From: an uncultured delta proteobacterium
GTDB taxonomy: Bacteria > Myxococcota_A > Polyangia > Fen-1088
Direction: 5' to 3'
Assembly (NCBI GenBank): GCA_963767925.1
Contig: CAVYGB010000010.1
Span: forward strand, 1,024,001 to 1,088,000
DNA: 64,000 bases
Position 1 is the first letter of the stretch. Each line of letters starts with the position of its first letter. This document shows positions 27,937 to 37,894 of the stretch, one piece after another. The notes below the pieces were generated by a model that worked only from the letters and a program-made list of their open reading frames with translations, was not told where the DNA came from and did not search any database. Made by a program: the position numbers and the translations under genes.

Positions 27937-28683
27937 ATGCATCTCGTTCGCTACGCTGAAGCCGACTTGCCGACGGCGCACGGTCCCTTCCGGCTGGTCG
28001 TGTACCGTGAGGTCACGCCGGCCGACGGGGACAGCCATGGGACCGCCAACGGTTCCGGCAACGGCACCACCGCTCACAACGGCAACGGTCTCGGTATCCC
28101 CAGCGGCAACGGGGGCAACGTCGATCCGCGCGAGCACATCGCCATCGTCCGCGGCGACGTCGCCGGCGGCACCAACGTCATCACCCGGGTGCACTCGGAG
28201 TGCTGGACCTCGGAGGTGCTCGGCTCGCTCAAGTGCGACTGCCGGGAGCAGCTCAACGCGGCGCTCGAAAAGATCGCGGCCGAGGGGACCGGCGTCATCG
28301 TGTACCTGCGCCAGGAGGGCCGCGGGATCGGCCTCGGCAACAAGATCCGGGCCTATGCCCTGCAGAACCACGGGGCCGATACGGTCGAGGCCAACCTGCA
28401 GCTCGGCTTCGAGCCAGACGCGCGCAGCTACGACATCGCGGGGGCGATGCTGGCCGACCTGGGCGTCAAATCGGTTCGCCTGCTGACCAACAACCCCCTC
28501 AAGGTAAACGGCGTCCGGGCGGCGGGCGTGGAAGTGGCGGAGCGGGTCTCCCACTGGGTCGGCGAGAACCAGCACAACGCCGAGTACCTCGCCGTCAAGC
28601 GGCGCAAGATGGGCCACCACCCCGACACGGTGGCCCGCCTGCGGGCGTTGCCCAAGCCGGCCAGCAAGACCGCCAAGCGGTGA
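27937..28683 (+). CDS. ribA: GTP cyclohydrolase II
   Basis: RVHSECWT...SLKCDCREQL, YLRQEGRGIGL, LLTNNP. Confidence 0.95.
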   Translation: MHLVRYAEADLPTAHGPFRLVVYREVTPADGDSHGTANGSGNGTTAHNGNGLGIPSGNGGNVDPREHIAIVRGDVAGGTNVITRVHSECWTSEVLGSLKCDCREQLNAALEKIAAEGTGVIVYLRQEGRGIGLGNKIRAYALQNHGADTVEANLQLGFEPDARSYDIAGAMLADLGVKSVRLLTNNPLKVNGVRAAGVEVAERVSHWVGENQHNAEYLAVKRRKMGHHPDTVARLRALPKPASKTAKR

Positions 28684-28745
28684 CAGCGCGACCGGCGCAG
28701 CGGTAGACTCCACCCGCTCGCCCCCTTCTTCCCCCCAGAAGAGAG

Positions 28746-29846
28746 ATCGCCATTAGCACCATTGAAGATGTCCGTGCCGTCCTCGCGACGGTCAACGACC
28801 CGGCTCTGAAGACCGATTTCGTCACCGCCGGGATGGTGAAAGACGTCTCCCTCGACGGAGGCAAGGCCCGCGTCGCCATCGAGCTGACGACGCCGGCCTG
28901 CCCCTCGCGCGACGTCATCACCGCTACCATCCAGGCGGCGGTGGGCCGGCTGCCCGGCATCACCTCGGTGGAGGTGGCGCTCAGCGCGGCGGTGTTGCCT
29001 CGCCTCACCGTCAACCAGAACCCGCGCTTGCCGGGGGTGAAGAACATCATCGCGGTGGCCGCCGGCAAAGGGGGCGTCGGCAAGTCGACGGTCACCACCA
29101 ACCTGGCGGCGGCTCTGGCGATCAACGGCGCCCGGGTCGGCATCCTCGACGCCGACATCTACGGCCCCTCCATCCCCCAGATGATGGGCCACCCCGAGGT
29201 GCCCGCCGCGGTCGACACCGCCAACCGCATCACCCCCGCCACCCACCACGGCCTCAGCGTCATCTCGGTCGGCTTCTTCGTCGAGCGGGGGGGCGCGGTG
29301 ATCTGGCGGGGGCCCATGGTTCACAAGCTGCTGCAGCAGTTCCTCGAGGACGTGGAGTGGGGCACCCTCGACTACCTGCTCGTCGATCTGCCGCCCGGCA
29401 CGGGCGACGCCCAGCTCTCGCTGTCCCAGCTCATCCCCATCACCGGCGCCGTCATGGTGACCACCCCCCAGGAGGTTTCGGTCATCGACGTCGAGAAGGC
29501 GATGGCGATGTGGAAGCGGGTCGAGGTCCCGGTGCTGGGCGTGATCGAGAACATGAGCTTTTACGTCTGCCCGACCTGCGGGCACAACGACGAGATCTTC
29601 TCCCGGGGGGGCGGGCGCAAGCTGGCCGAGCGCGAGGCGGTCCCCTTCCTGGGCGAGGTCCCGCTTGTGTCGGCGGTGCGGGGGGCGGGGGACAAGGGCA
29701 AGCCGGCGGTGCTGGCCTACCCGGAGTCGGCGGTGGCCTCCACCTTCCTGGGGATCGCCCGCCAGGTCGCCTGCGCGCTCAGCGTGCGCAACTTCCCCGA
29801 GCCCGGCAGCGGCAAGCGCTCCAGCAAGTTGACCCTCATCCGGTAA
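28746..29846 (+). CDS. mrp: Mrp/ApbC (NBP35 family) Fe-S carrier ATPase
   Basis: GKGGVGKST, DADIYGPS, WRGPM, DLPPGTGD, ENMS..CPTC. The N-terminal domain extends about 29 codons upstream of the first ATG (28833). Confidence 0.92.
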   Translation: MAISTIEDVRAVLATVNDPALKTDFVTAGMVKDVSLDGGKARVAIELTTPACPSRDVITATIQAAVGRLPGITSVEVALSAAVLPRLTVNQNPRLPGVKNIIAVAAGKGGVGKSTVTTNLAAALAINGARVGILDADIYGPSIPQMMGHPEVPAAVDTANRITPATHHGLSVISVGFFVERGGAVIWRGPMVHKLLQQFLEDVEWGTLDYLLVDLPPGTGDAQLSLSQLIPITGAVMVTTPQEVSVIDVEKAMAMWKRVEVPVLGVIENMSFYVCPTCGHNDEIFSRGGGRKLAEREAVPFLGEVPLVSAVRGAGDKGKPAVLAYPESAVASTFLGIARQVACALSVRNFPEPGSGKRSSKLTLIR

Positions 29847-29856
29847 GAGATCGCCC

Positions 29857-31137
29857 ATGAGCACGCCCGCCGCGTCCGACGTCCTCCTCCGCCAGGCCGA
29901 CCCCGGCGCCGTCCTCTCGGAGGCCGACATCGAGGCGGTGATCGCCGCCTCTGTCGATCGGCTGGGCCTGGCCGGCAAGCGGGTCCTGGTCATCGTGCCC
30001 GACGGCACGCGCACCATGCCCCTGCCCCTCTTCTTCCGCCTGCTGGGCCAGCACCTCGTGCCGCGGGCGGCGGCGGTCGACTACCTGGTGGCGCTCGGCA
30101 CCCACCCGGCGATGTCGCAGGAGGCCCTCCTCAAGCTGTTCGGCCTGACCCAGGCCGAGAAGGACAGCCGCTACCCCAAGGTGCGCCTGCTCAACCACGC
30201 CTGGGACGACCCCGGGGCCCTCACCGTGCTGGGGAACATCCCCGCCGAGGAGATCTGGCAGCTCTCGGGCCAGCGGCTGCGCATGGAGGTGCCGGTGCGG
30301 CTCAACCGCCTGGTGCTGGAATACGACCACCTGCTGGTGTGCGGGCCGGTGTTCCCCCACGAGGTGGTGGGCTTCTCGGGCGGCAACAAGTACTTCTTCC
30401 CCGGCATCGCCGGGGCCGACATCATCAACGTCACCCACTGGCTGGGGGCCCTCATCACCTCTTACGAGATGATCGGCACCAGGGACACGCCCGTGCGCCA
30501 GGTGATCGATCGGGCCGCCGCCTTCATCCCCCGCCCGCGCAGCGCCCTGTGTGCGGTGGTGACCCACCAGGGGGTGGCGGGCCTGGCCTGCGGCTCGACC
30601 GAGGCGGCCTGGTCGGCGGCGGCCGACCTGTCGGCCCAGCGCCACGTGATCTGGACCGACCGCCCTTACCAGCAGGTGCTCTCGGTGCTGCCCGAGATGT
30701 ACGACGAGCTCTGGGTAGGGGCCAAGGGCATGTACAAGACCGAGCCGGCCATCGCCGACGGTGGGGAGGTCATCATCTACGCCCCCCACCTGCACGATGT
30801 CAGCGTCGTCCACGGCCACCTCATCGAGCCGGTGGGCTACCACGTCCGGGACTACTTCCTGGCCCGCTGGGACGAGTTCAAGCACGTGCCCTGGGGGGCC
30901 CTGGCCCACTCCACCCATCTCAAGGGCGCCGGCACCTACGTCGACGGCGTCGAGCGACCGCGCATCGAGGTGACGCTCGCCACCGGGCTGTCCGAGGAGC
31001 GCTGCCGGTCGATCAACCTCGGTTACCGTGACCACCGCACCATCGACATCGAGTCCTTCGCCGGACGCGAGGCCGAGGGCGTGCTGCTCGTGCGCAAAGC
31101 CGGCGAGTACCTGCATCGTTTGCGCCGGGCCGGGTGA
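29857..31137 (+). CDS. LarA-family (lactate racemase domain) protein
   Basis: VIVPDGTR, VALGTHP, NHAW, FPHEVVGFSGGNKYFFPGIAG. Confidence 0.85.
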   Translation: MSTPAASDVLLRQADPGAVLSEADIEAVIAASVDRLGLAGKRVLVIVPDGTRTMPLPLFFRLLGQHLVPRAAAVDYLVALGTHPAMSQEALLKLFGLTQAEKDSRYPKVRLLNHAWDDPGALTVLGNIPAEEIWQLSGQRLRMEVPVRLNRLVLEYDHLLVCGPVFPHEVVGFSGGNKYFFPGIAGADIINVTHWLGALITSYEMIGTRDTPVRQVIDRAAAFIPRPRSALCAVVTHQGVAGLACGSTEAAWSAAADLSAQRHVIWTDRPYQQVLSVLPEMYDELWVGAKGMYKTEPAIADGGEVIIYAPHLHDVSVVHGHLIEPVGYHVRDYFLARWDEFKHVPWGALAHSTHLKGAGTYVDGVERPRIEVTLATGLSEERCRSINLGYRDHRTIDIESFAGREAEGVLLVRKAGEYLHRLRRAG

Positions 31138-31313
31138 GCGGGCGCCGCACCCGGCACCACGCCCCCGCTGGCCGGGCCCCGAGGTGAGGTCGGCGAGCCC
31201 GCTGGCCTTCCTGTAGGCAGCAGCGCGCAGGGATATGGTTTGACAGTCCGCCCGGGTCGGGAAAGGATCGAGGCTCTCCCTAACGAGTCGGCGCGAGGTG
31301 GATGGAGGTGCGT

Positions 31314-32462
31314 ATGAGCCGGATTCTGGTGATCGACGACGACGACCTCATGGTGCAGAGCTATCTCCGCGCCTTGACCCGCCTCGGGTACACCGTCGAT
31401 AGCGCCAGCAACGGGCGCGAGGCGCTGACCTCCTTCCGGGACAACGCCTACGACGCCATCTTGTCGGACCTGGCGATGCCCGACATGGACGGGATCGCCT
31501 TCCTGCGCGAGCTGCGGCGCTTCGATCTCGACGTCCCGGTCCTGATCATCACCGGGGCCCCTTCGCTCGACAGCGCCATCAAGGCCGTCGAATACGGGGC
31601 CTTCCGCTACGTCACCAAGCCGGTGCCCCCCGACGAGCTGGCCGAGCTTGTCGAGCGGGCGGTGCGCTTCCACGAGATGGCCCGCCTGCGGCGGCTGGCC
31701 CTCAACCTCGTCGAGCAGTCGGGCCACGCCCTGGGGGACCGGGCCAGCCTGGAGGCCCGCTTCGAATCGGCGATGGCCACCGCGCGCATCGCCTTCCAGC
31801 CGATCATCTCCTGGCGCCGGCGCAAGGTTGTCGGCTACGAGGCCCTGCTGCGCACCCAGGAGCCGACGCTGCTGCGCCCGGATCACTTCATCGACGCCGC
31901 GGGCCGGCTGGGGCGCCTCAACGACCTGGGCCGGCGCGCGCGCGCCATCACCGCCAAGGAGGTGGAGGCCGCCCCACCCGAGATGAGCATGTTCGTCAAC
32001 GTGCACGCCTCGGATCTCGTCGACGACGAGCTGACGATGCCCAACGCCCCTCTGTCGAAGATCGCCACCCGGGTCACGCTCGAGGTGACCGAGCGGTCGT
32101 CGCTGCACGACGCGGGCGATCTGCGGGCCCGGCTCGATGCCCTGCGCGCCCTGGGGTTCCGGCTGGCGGTCGACGATCTCGGCGCCGGCTACGCCGGCCT
32201 GTCGAGCCTGGCGCTCGTCGATCCCGAGGTGGTCAAGATCGACATGTCGCTGGTCCGCGACGTCGACAAGAACGCCGCCAAGCAGGAGGTCATCCGCTCG
32301 ATGGCCCACCTGGCCAAGGATCTGGAGATGGAGCTCATCGTCGAGGGGGTCGAGACGGTCACCGAGCGCGACAGCCTCATCACGCTCGGTTGCGATCTCA
32401 TGCAGGGCTTCCTCTTCGCCCGCCCCGCCTTCGGCTTCGTGGTCCCCGACCTGAAGCCCTAG
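31314..32462 (+). CDS. Response regulator with EAL c-di-GMP phosphodiesterase domain (REC-EAL)
   Basis: REC ILVIDDD...SDLAMPDMDG...YVTKP. EAL YEALLR, FVNV, EVTER, VDDLGAGY, VKID, EGVET, QGFLFARP. Confidence 0.92.
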   Translation: MSRILVIDDDDLMVQSYLRALTRLGYTVDSASNGREALTSFRDNAYDAILSDLAMPDMDGIAFLRELRRFDLDVPVLIITGAPSLDSAIKAVEYGAFRYVTKPVPPDELAELVERAVRFHEMARLRRLALNLVEQSGHALGDRASLEARFESAMATARIAFQPIISWRRRKVVGYEALLRTQEPTLLRPDHFIDAAGRLGRLNDLGRRARAITAKEVEAAPPEMSMFVNVHASDLVDDELTMPNAPLSKIATRVTLEVTERSSLHDAGDLRARLDALRALGFRLAVDDLGAGYAGLSSLALVDPEVVKIDMSLVRDVDKNAAKQEVIRSMAHLAKDLEMELIVEGVETVTERDSLITLGCDLMQGFLFARPAFGFVVPDLKP

Positions 32463-32469
32463 TCGCTCA

Positions 32470-32498
32470 CCTCTCCCCGCGGGCCGCGCGGGGAGAGG
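32470..32498. repeat. GC-rich hairpin, REP-like family B (CCTCTCCCCGCG...CGCGGGGAGAGG), possible terminator
   Basis: Perfect 12-bp inverted repeat between convergent genes. Related elements at 42290-42410 and 63192-63371. Confidence 0.7.
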
Positions 32499-32524
32499 AA
32501 AACCGGCCGGGCCGGGGACTGTTT

Positions 32525-32562
32525 TCGAAGTAGTCGGGTCCCCTCGCTTCGCTCGGGCCCGA
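32525..32562. repeat. REP-like palindrome, family A, copy 2
   Basis: TCGAAGTAGTCGGGTCCCCTCGCTTCGCTCGGGCCCGA. Confidence 0.75.
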
Positions 32563-33792
32563 TTAGAACTGCGATTCGGCGAAGTGGACGCGGCCGACGG
32601 CGGTCGGGGCGCCGTGGGACTGGGCCAGGCGCAGGATGCGGCGGGCGTGCTCCTCCCAGGTGTAGCGGCGGCGGATCTGGGCCCGGGCGGCCCGGCCCAG
32701 GGCGGCCGCCAGCGGGCGGTCGGTGAAGGCCTGCAGCAGGGCGCCGCTCAGCGCCTCGGCGCTGCCTGGCTCGAACAGCAGGCCGTTGCGCCCCGGCTCG
32801 ATCACGGCAGCCACCGGCGGCATGTGCGGAGCGACCACCGCCTTTCCGGCCGCCATGTATTCGAACATCTTGATCGGCGAGCGGTATTCGTTGGTCTCGG
32901 GGATCACCCCCACCTCGGCCAGGCCGATGTAGCCGGCGATCTCGCCGTGGGGCACCCGCCCCGCCAGCACCACCGAGTCGCCCAGCCCCAGGCGGGCCGC
33001 CTCGCTCTCGATGAAGCCCCGGCAGGGCCCATCGCCGACGATCAGCAGCACCGCCTCGGGGAGCTGCTGCTTGACCCGCTGCATGGCCTCGAGGAGGAGG
33101 CCGAAGTTGTGCCAGTGGGTCAGCCCGCCGACGAAGCAGACCGCCGGCCGGGTGCCGAGCCCCAGCTCGCGCCGGAGGCGGTCGGCGTCCTTTCCGCTGG
33201 CCGAGCTGGCCAGCCACTCGGCCGAGACGCCGTTGGGGACCGTCACCACCGGGACCCGGCCCTCGACGATCTCCTCGACCTTGCCGGTGAGGAACTCCGA
33301 GACCGTGACGACGAGGCTGGCCCGCTGCAGGACCATGCGCTCGACCGACTTGGCGAGGCCGACGAAGCTCTGATCACGCACCCGCTTGTAGCCGGCCAGC
33401 TCGTTGACCTCGACGACAAAGGGGATGCCCAGCCGGCGGCTCGCCAGGGCGCCCGCCAGGTTGAAGAAGGCGTACCGCTCGTAGATCAGCTCCGCCTGGT
33501 GGTCGCGCCCGGCCTGCACCAGGCGCGGATAGGCCATGGCGTTGTAGCCGAGCTCCATCGCCTCGAAGACCGGCTGCGGCGCCCGGTCGGCCAGCACGTT
33601 GAGCACCCGCCGCAGGGCCCCCCGTGCCGCCGCCGGCGTCACCGGCGCCGGTGTGTCCTTCGTCGGATCACTGCCCAGCGGCGATACGAATGTGACGTTG
33701 TGTCCCCAGGCGCGAAATCCTTTCGCGATTCCAGCGATGTGCACCGCCTCTGCGCCCGTCCCCCGAACCCTGAAATGGTAAAGGATGTTCAA
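32563..33792 (-). CDS. Glycosyltransferase family 4
   Basis: IYERY, VPNGV, FVGGL..WH, SPIKMFEYMAAGKAVV. TTG start at 33792 (or GTG 33828). Confidence 0.9.
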   Translation of the reverse strand: MNILYHFRVRGTGAEAVHIAGIAKGFRAWGHNVTFVSPLGSDPTKDTPAPVTPAAARGALRRVLNVLADRAPQPVFEAMELGYNAMAYPRLVQAGRDHQAELIYERYAFFNLAGALASRRLGIPFVVEVNELAGYKRVRDQSFVGLAKSVERMVLQRASLVVTVSEFLTGKVEEIVEGRVPVVTVPNGVSAEWLASSASGKDADRLRRELGLGTRPAVCFVGGLTHWHNFGLLLEAMQRVKQQLPEAVLLIVGDGPCRGFIESEAARLGLGDSVVLAGRVPHGEIAGYIGLAEVGVIPETNEYRSPIKMFEYMAAGKAVVAPHMPPVAAVIEPGRNGLLFEPGSAEALSGALLQAFTDRPLAAALGRAARAQIRRRYTWEEHARRILRLAQSHGAPTAVGRVHFAESQF

Positions 33793-33885
33793 GATCTTTC
33801 CCCCGCCCTCGCGAGGTAAGCTGGGCACCGTTCCTTACGGAGACAAGAGCGGTTGTACCCCCGTCGGGGCCTTCAGGCAGAAGCC

Positions 33886-34344
33886 TTAAGGGCGCTCGCG
33901 CCGCCCTGCGCGCTGGGGGCTCTCCAGGGCGTGGGCCCCGGCCCGCTTGATGACCGTGCCGGTCAGGGTGCTGGTCAAGGTGCTGGCGGCGGCGAGCAGG
34001 GCCTTCTCGACCAGCGAGCGCTCCGGCTGCGCCACCCGTTCGGGCCGCCGCACCATGTGGCCGAAGCCCTGCGACCAGCGGCCCAGGCGGGCGCGCAAAG
34101 TTTGCTGCCGGCGGTGATGGCGGAGGCCGAGCGCCACCGCGGCCCCGAGGGCCCCCACCGTCACCAGCAGGGCGGTGGCGGCCCAGGCCCGGTGGGACAG
34201 GACCAGGTGGGAGAAGCGGGCCCCCAGGTGGCGCCGCTGGTCGAGCTCGCCGATCAGGGTGTCGAGCCGCTCGCGCGAGCGCTCCACCTTCTCGGCCAGC
34301 TCGTCGGCGGTCGGCTCGTCTAGGCGGTTCGTTCCTTCACCCAT
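33886..34344 (-). CDS. DUF3618-like small membrane protein
   Basis: 'ELAEKVERSRERLDTLIGEL' coiled coil followed by a TM helix. Usual partner of the YqjE/holin-like gene. Confidence 0.6.
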   Translation of the reverse strand: MGEGTNRLDEPTADELAEKVERSRERLDTLIGELDQRRHLGARFSHLVLSHRAWAATALLVTVGALGAAVALGLRHHRRQQTLRARLGRWSQGFGHMVRRPERVAQPERSLVEKALLAAASTLTSTLTGTVIKRAGAHALESPQRAGRRERP

Positions 34345-34763
34345 CGGAGGTCCTCCTGCAAGGTCTTGCGGGTCCGCTGCATCGGCACCCGGAGCTTCTT
34401 TACCCCCACCGCCGCCGCGATGCCCGCGACGATCGCCACAACCGCCGCGACGGCGAGCAGGGCCGCCCAGACCGGCATCAGCGCGGCCAGCCCGAAGGCC
34501 GCCGCCACCAGCAGCAGGTTGAGCACGGCCAGCGCGCCCACCGCGGCCACGCTGAGCCCCTTGGCCGCCGCAATCTCCGACTGGAGGTCCTCCTTCAGCT
34601 CGACCCGGGCCAGCTCGACCTGGGCCTTGATGAGGGTCATCGCCTCCCGGGCCGTCTCGCCCACCAGCCTGGTGCTGGAGAGCGCGCCCGGATCCTCCTT
34701 CGTGCGCTCGGGCTCGGCCCGCTCCACCTCTTTTCCCGTCACCGGTTCGAGCTCGCTCGCCAT
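34320..34763 (-). CDS. YqjE/'phage holin family' two-TM membrane protein
   Basis: 'LIKAQVELARVEL', two TM helices and 'PMQRTRKTLQEDLRWVKE'. Confidence 0.8.
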   Translation of the reverse strand: MASELEPVTGKEVERAEPERTKEDPGALSSTRLVGETAREAMTLIKAQVELARVELKEDLQSEIAAAKGLSVAAVGALAVLNLLLVAAAFGLAALMPVWAALLAVAAVVAIVAGIAAAVGVKKLRVPMQRTRKTLQEDLRWVKERTA

Positions 34764-34896
34764 CGAAACCTCCGCCGTAGACCGCGATCCGCACCTGCGG
34801 CCAGGCGCAAGAACTGCGCGCGGGCGGCCGGGCCAGGATGATCGATCGACATATCCCCCAGTTTGGGTCTGCTACCCCGCCCTGCGCAACCGGGGA

Positions 34897-36945
34897 TCAG
34901 CCGACGGCGCGCAGATCGCTCTGGAACGGGGACCGGTTCTCGGGGCTGAGCAGCCAGAGAAAGAGGGCCCGCAGCTCGAAGTACTCCTCGATCGCGAGCT
35001 GGACGAAGGGCCGGGGCATCTCGTCGATCTCCATCCCCTCCCAGCGGAACCCCGGCACCCCGGCGGTGCGCGAGCGCAGCCCGCCGGTGGCGATCACGTC
35101 CTGGGCCCGGAAGAACCGGGCGATGGCCGAGGCGGCGGCCTGAGGGAACTCGGGGGGCGCGGCCAGGCGGGTGGGCAGCTCGACCTGGCTCGACCCGCAG
35201 GCCCAGCCCAGCCAGGTCAGCGCGGCCCACTGCGAGCGGGCCACCCGCATCAGCGCGGGCAGGCCGGCGCTGCTGCTGTCGATTGTCTCGTCGATCTCGA
35301 CGGCGGAGGTCTCCGAGCCGTCGTCGGTCTCGTCGACGATCTCGGCGGTATAGCGGCGCAGCTCGATGGGCCCCTCGGGCAGCAGGGCGCTGGTGTCAGG
35401 GGGCGCCCAGCGCGGGGCCGGGCGGCCTTCCCGGCGGGCCAGCACCGCCGCCCGCAGGTGCCGCAGGCGGGTGGCGTAGACCTGCATCGTGTGGCGGATG
35501 GCGGCCAGGGGCTGCTCGGGCGCCAGCGGGAAGCCCTCGAGCGAGCCCGCAGGGCCGGCGGCCAGCCGCTCGCGCGCCGGCCAGAAGGCCCACTCGGGCA
35601 GCAGCAGCCGGGCGTAGTCCCGCACGAAGGTCGCCGACTCCTCGGACACCGGCTGCAGGCGGGTGGCGTCGGCGAGGGCGCCGCGCTCGTCGCCGAGCTC
35701 GAGCCGCAGCAGGGCCCGGGTCAGGTAGGTCATGGGGCGATCGGGGGCCAGCAGCAAGGCCACCTCGACGAAGTCGCAGCCGGCCCGGGGCGACTCGCGC
35801 TGGGCGCTGGCCAGGGCCCGGAAGATCATCGCCGGCTCGCCCCCGTAGACCAGGGCGGTCAGCAGGGCGGGCACCGGCTCGATCTCCGCCGCGGTCGCCT
35901 TCTCGGCGACGGCCACCGCGGCGGTCGGCTGCAGCGCCACCGTGTGGCGGGCGAGGAAGGAGACCAGGTCGTCGACGGCGTGGCGCCCGGCCGCCGCCCG
36001 GGCGGCGGCGCAGATGGCGGGCCCCGTCTGCCCCTCGGCGACCAGGGCCGCCGCCAGCTCGTCCCAGGCCTCGGGGGCGCGGGGCTGCTCGGCGAACACG
36101 GGGTGGGCGGGGCCGTCGGCCGGAAGGGGGCGACCGCGATCGACGGAGCGGACCTCGGCCCCGCCGACATCGAAGAAGGTCCAGCGGCCGACCGGATCGT
36201 CCTCCTCGAACGCGCCCCGCTCCTCGGCGATGCGGGCGTCGAGGTAGGGGCTGGCCTCGCTCTCGTCGAAGCGCCGGCGGTGGTCACCGTGGCGGCGCCC
36301 ATTTTTATCGAAGTGGGTCTCCTGGCGGAGGCGCCCGTCGGCGGCCTGCAGCCGGGAGAAGACCTTGAAGCCGTCCTCGAAGCGGGCCTCCTCCTCGAGG
36401 GTGCCGTCCTGCCGGTAGAACCGCCAGGGCTCGGCCGTCGCGTCGCTGGCCGGGGGCACGCTCCAGCGCTTGTCATGCTCGTCGTAGTCGGCGCGGGCGG
36501 ACAGTCCGGGCGGAGGGCTGGGGCAGATGCTTCCGTCTGACAGCAGGGCCCGTCCTTCGCGATCGAAGAAGCGCTGGAAGAGGAGCTGTCCCCGCTCGTA
36601 TTGGGCCCGCATCTGCCAGGCGTTGGGGGGGACGCAGCAGGGGCGCAGCGGCTCACCCTCGTCGCTCTCGGGGGCGTAGGCGGTGAGATCGCCAACCAGC
36701 TCGCCGCCGTCGTAGCGGCCCTCGCGGGCGATGCGGCCGTCGGGGTGGTAGGCGACGAAGCCGCCCTCCTGCCGGCCGGCCACGTAGCGGCTGCGCATGT
36801 AGAGGGTGCCGTCGCGGCGAAACAGGCGGCACTCGCCTTCCTTGCTGCCGGCGGGATCGCGGGGCACGACCTCCCATCTGTCGGACTCCTCGACCCAGAC
36901 GGCGTCGACAGGTATCTCGGGATGTCGCTCGGGTACGTCGCTCAT
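34897..36945 (-). CDS. MORN_2/YwqK-repeat protein with TPR-like C-terminal region
   Basis: Repeats such as 'EGGFVAYHPDGRIAREGRYDGG' and 'VGRWTFFD'. TPR-like 'LLLAPDRPMTYLTRALLRLELGD'. Confidence 0.7.
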   Translation of the reverse strand: MSDVPERHPEIPVDAVWVEESDRWEVVPRDPAGSKEGECRLFRRDGTLYMRSRYVAGRQEGGFVAYHPDGRIAREGRYDGGELVGDLTAYAPESDEGEPLRPCCVPPNAWQMRAQYERGQLLFQRFFDREGRALLSDGSICPSPPPGLSARADYDEHDKRWSVPPASDATAEPWRFYRQDGTLEEEARFEDGFKVFSRLQAADGRLRQETHFDKNGRRHGDHRRRFDESEASPYLDARIAEERGAFEEDDPVGRWTFFDVGGAEVRSVDRGRPLPADGPAHPVFAEQPRAPEAWDELAAALVAEGQTGPAICAAARAAAGRHAVDDLVSFLARHTVALQPTAAVAVAEKATAAEIEPVPALLTALVYGGEPAMIFRALASAQRESPRAGCDFVEVALLLAPDRPMTYLTRALLRLELGDERGALADATRLQPVSEESATFVRDYARLLLPEWAFWPARERLAAGPAGSLEGFPLAPEQPLAAIRHTMQVYATRLRHLRAAVLARREGRPAPRWAPPDTSALLPEGPIELRRYTAEIVDETDDGSETSAVEIDETIDSSSAGLPALMRVARSQWAALTWLGWACGSSQVELPTRLAAPPEFPQAAASAIARFFRAQDVIATGGLRSRTAGVPGFRWEGMEIDEMPRPFVQLAIEEYFELRALFLWLLSPENRSPFQSDLRAVG

Positions 36946-37087
36946 CGGAACTCCCTTGACCGGCGCGCCGGCGCCCGATTGGGGCAAAGCTAGCACACGG
37001 GCCTGGCCGGCAAGCCTGGCCCGCCCGTCGCGCCGCTCCCCCGCCGCTGCATCGCGCTCGCCGCCAGATGGCCTTAAACTGCCGGGG

Positions 37088-37894
37088 ATGGCATCGAACA
37101 TCGCAGGGGCCGGGCGCGCGCTGGCGGGGTATACCGTGGGGGAAGGCGCGCGGGGGACCGCGCTGGTCCACGGCTTTCTCGGGTCGGGCAAGAACCTGCG
37201 CTCGCTCGCGCAGCGCTGGGCGATGCTGCAGCCGGAGCGCAAGATCCTGGTCGTCGATCTCCCCGGTCACGGCAGCTCACCGCCGCTGACCGCCGCCGAC
37301 GACCTGCGCGCGCTGGCCCACGACGTCCTCGCCGCGGCGGCGGCCGCGGGCCTGCCCGGGCCGCTGACCCTCGTCGGGCACTCGCTCGGCGGGCGGGTGG
37401 GGCTGGCCGCGGCGGCGCTGGCCCCCGAGCGGCTATCGCAGGTGGTGCTGCTCGACATCTCGCCCGGCCCCATCGAGCCCGGGAGCACGGGCAGCGCGCG
37501 GGTCGTCGAGATCCTGAAGTCGGCGCCGGCCGAGGGCCCCGACCGCCGCACCTTCCGCGAGCACCTCATGGGCCAGGGCCTCGCCCAGGCGACCGCCGAC
37601 TGGCTGCTGATGAACCTCGAGCCGGGGACCAGCGGCGGCTACCGCTGGCGGATCGACCGGGCGGCGCTGGCCAGCTTCCACGATCGCTTCAACCGGGAGG
37701 ACCTCTGGCCGGTAGTGGAGGCACGCCCCCTGCCCCTCCGCTGCATCCGGGGCGGCCGCTCCCGCCACGTCAGCGAGGCCGACGCCACCCGCCTGGTGAC
37801 CGCCGGCTGCCCGGTCGAGACCATCCCGGACGCCGGCCACGACCTGCACGCCGAGGCCCTCGAGCCGCTCACTGCTCTCCTGCTCCAGGCCTGA
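37088..37894 (+). CDS. Alpha/beta hydrolase (YbfF-like esterase)
   Basis: HGFLGS, DLPGHG, GHSLGG nucleophile elbow, AGHDLH. Confidence 0.9.
   Translation: MASNIAGAGRALAGYTVGEGARGTALVHGFLGSGKNLRSLAQRWAMLQPERKILVVDLPGHGSSPPLTAADDLRALAHDVLAAAAAAGLPGPLTLVGHSLGGRVGLAAAALAPERLSQVVLLDISPGPIEPGSTGSARVVEILKSAPAEGPDRRTFREHLMGQGLAQATADWLLMNLEPGTSGGYRWRIDRAALASFHDRFNREDLWPVVEARPLPLRCIRGGRSRHVSEADATRLVTAGCPVETIPDAGHDLHAEALEPLTALLLQA

Noticed and set aside
32563..33792. GT4 as part of the pel pathway
   Set aside because: Separated from pelA by four unrelated genes, and PelF is already present. No evidence of a link.
34320..34763. Prophage suggested by a holin-family gene
   Set aside because: This YqjE-like family is commonly chromosomal. 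There is no endolysin, integrase or structural gene.
34897..36945. Toxin-antitoxin system (YwqK antitoxin label)
   Set aside because: Only generic MORN_2 repeats, and no adjacent toxin gene.
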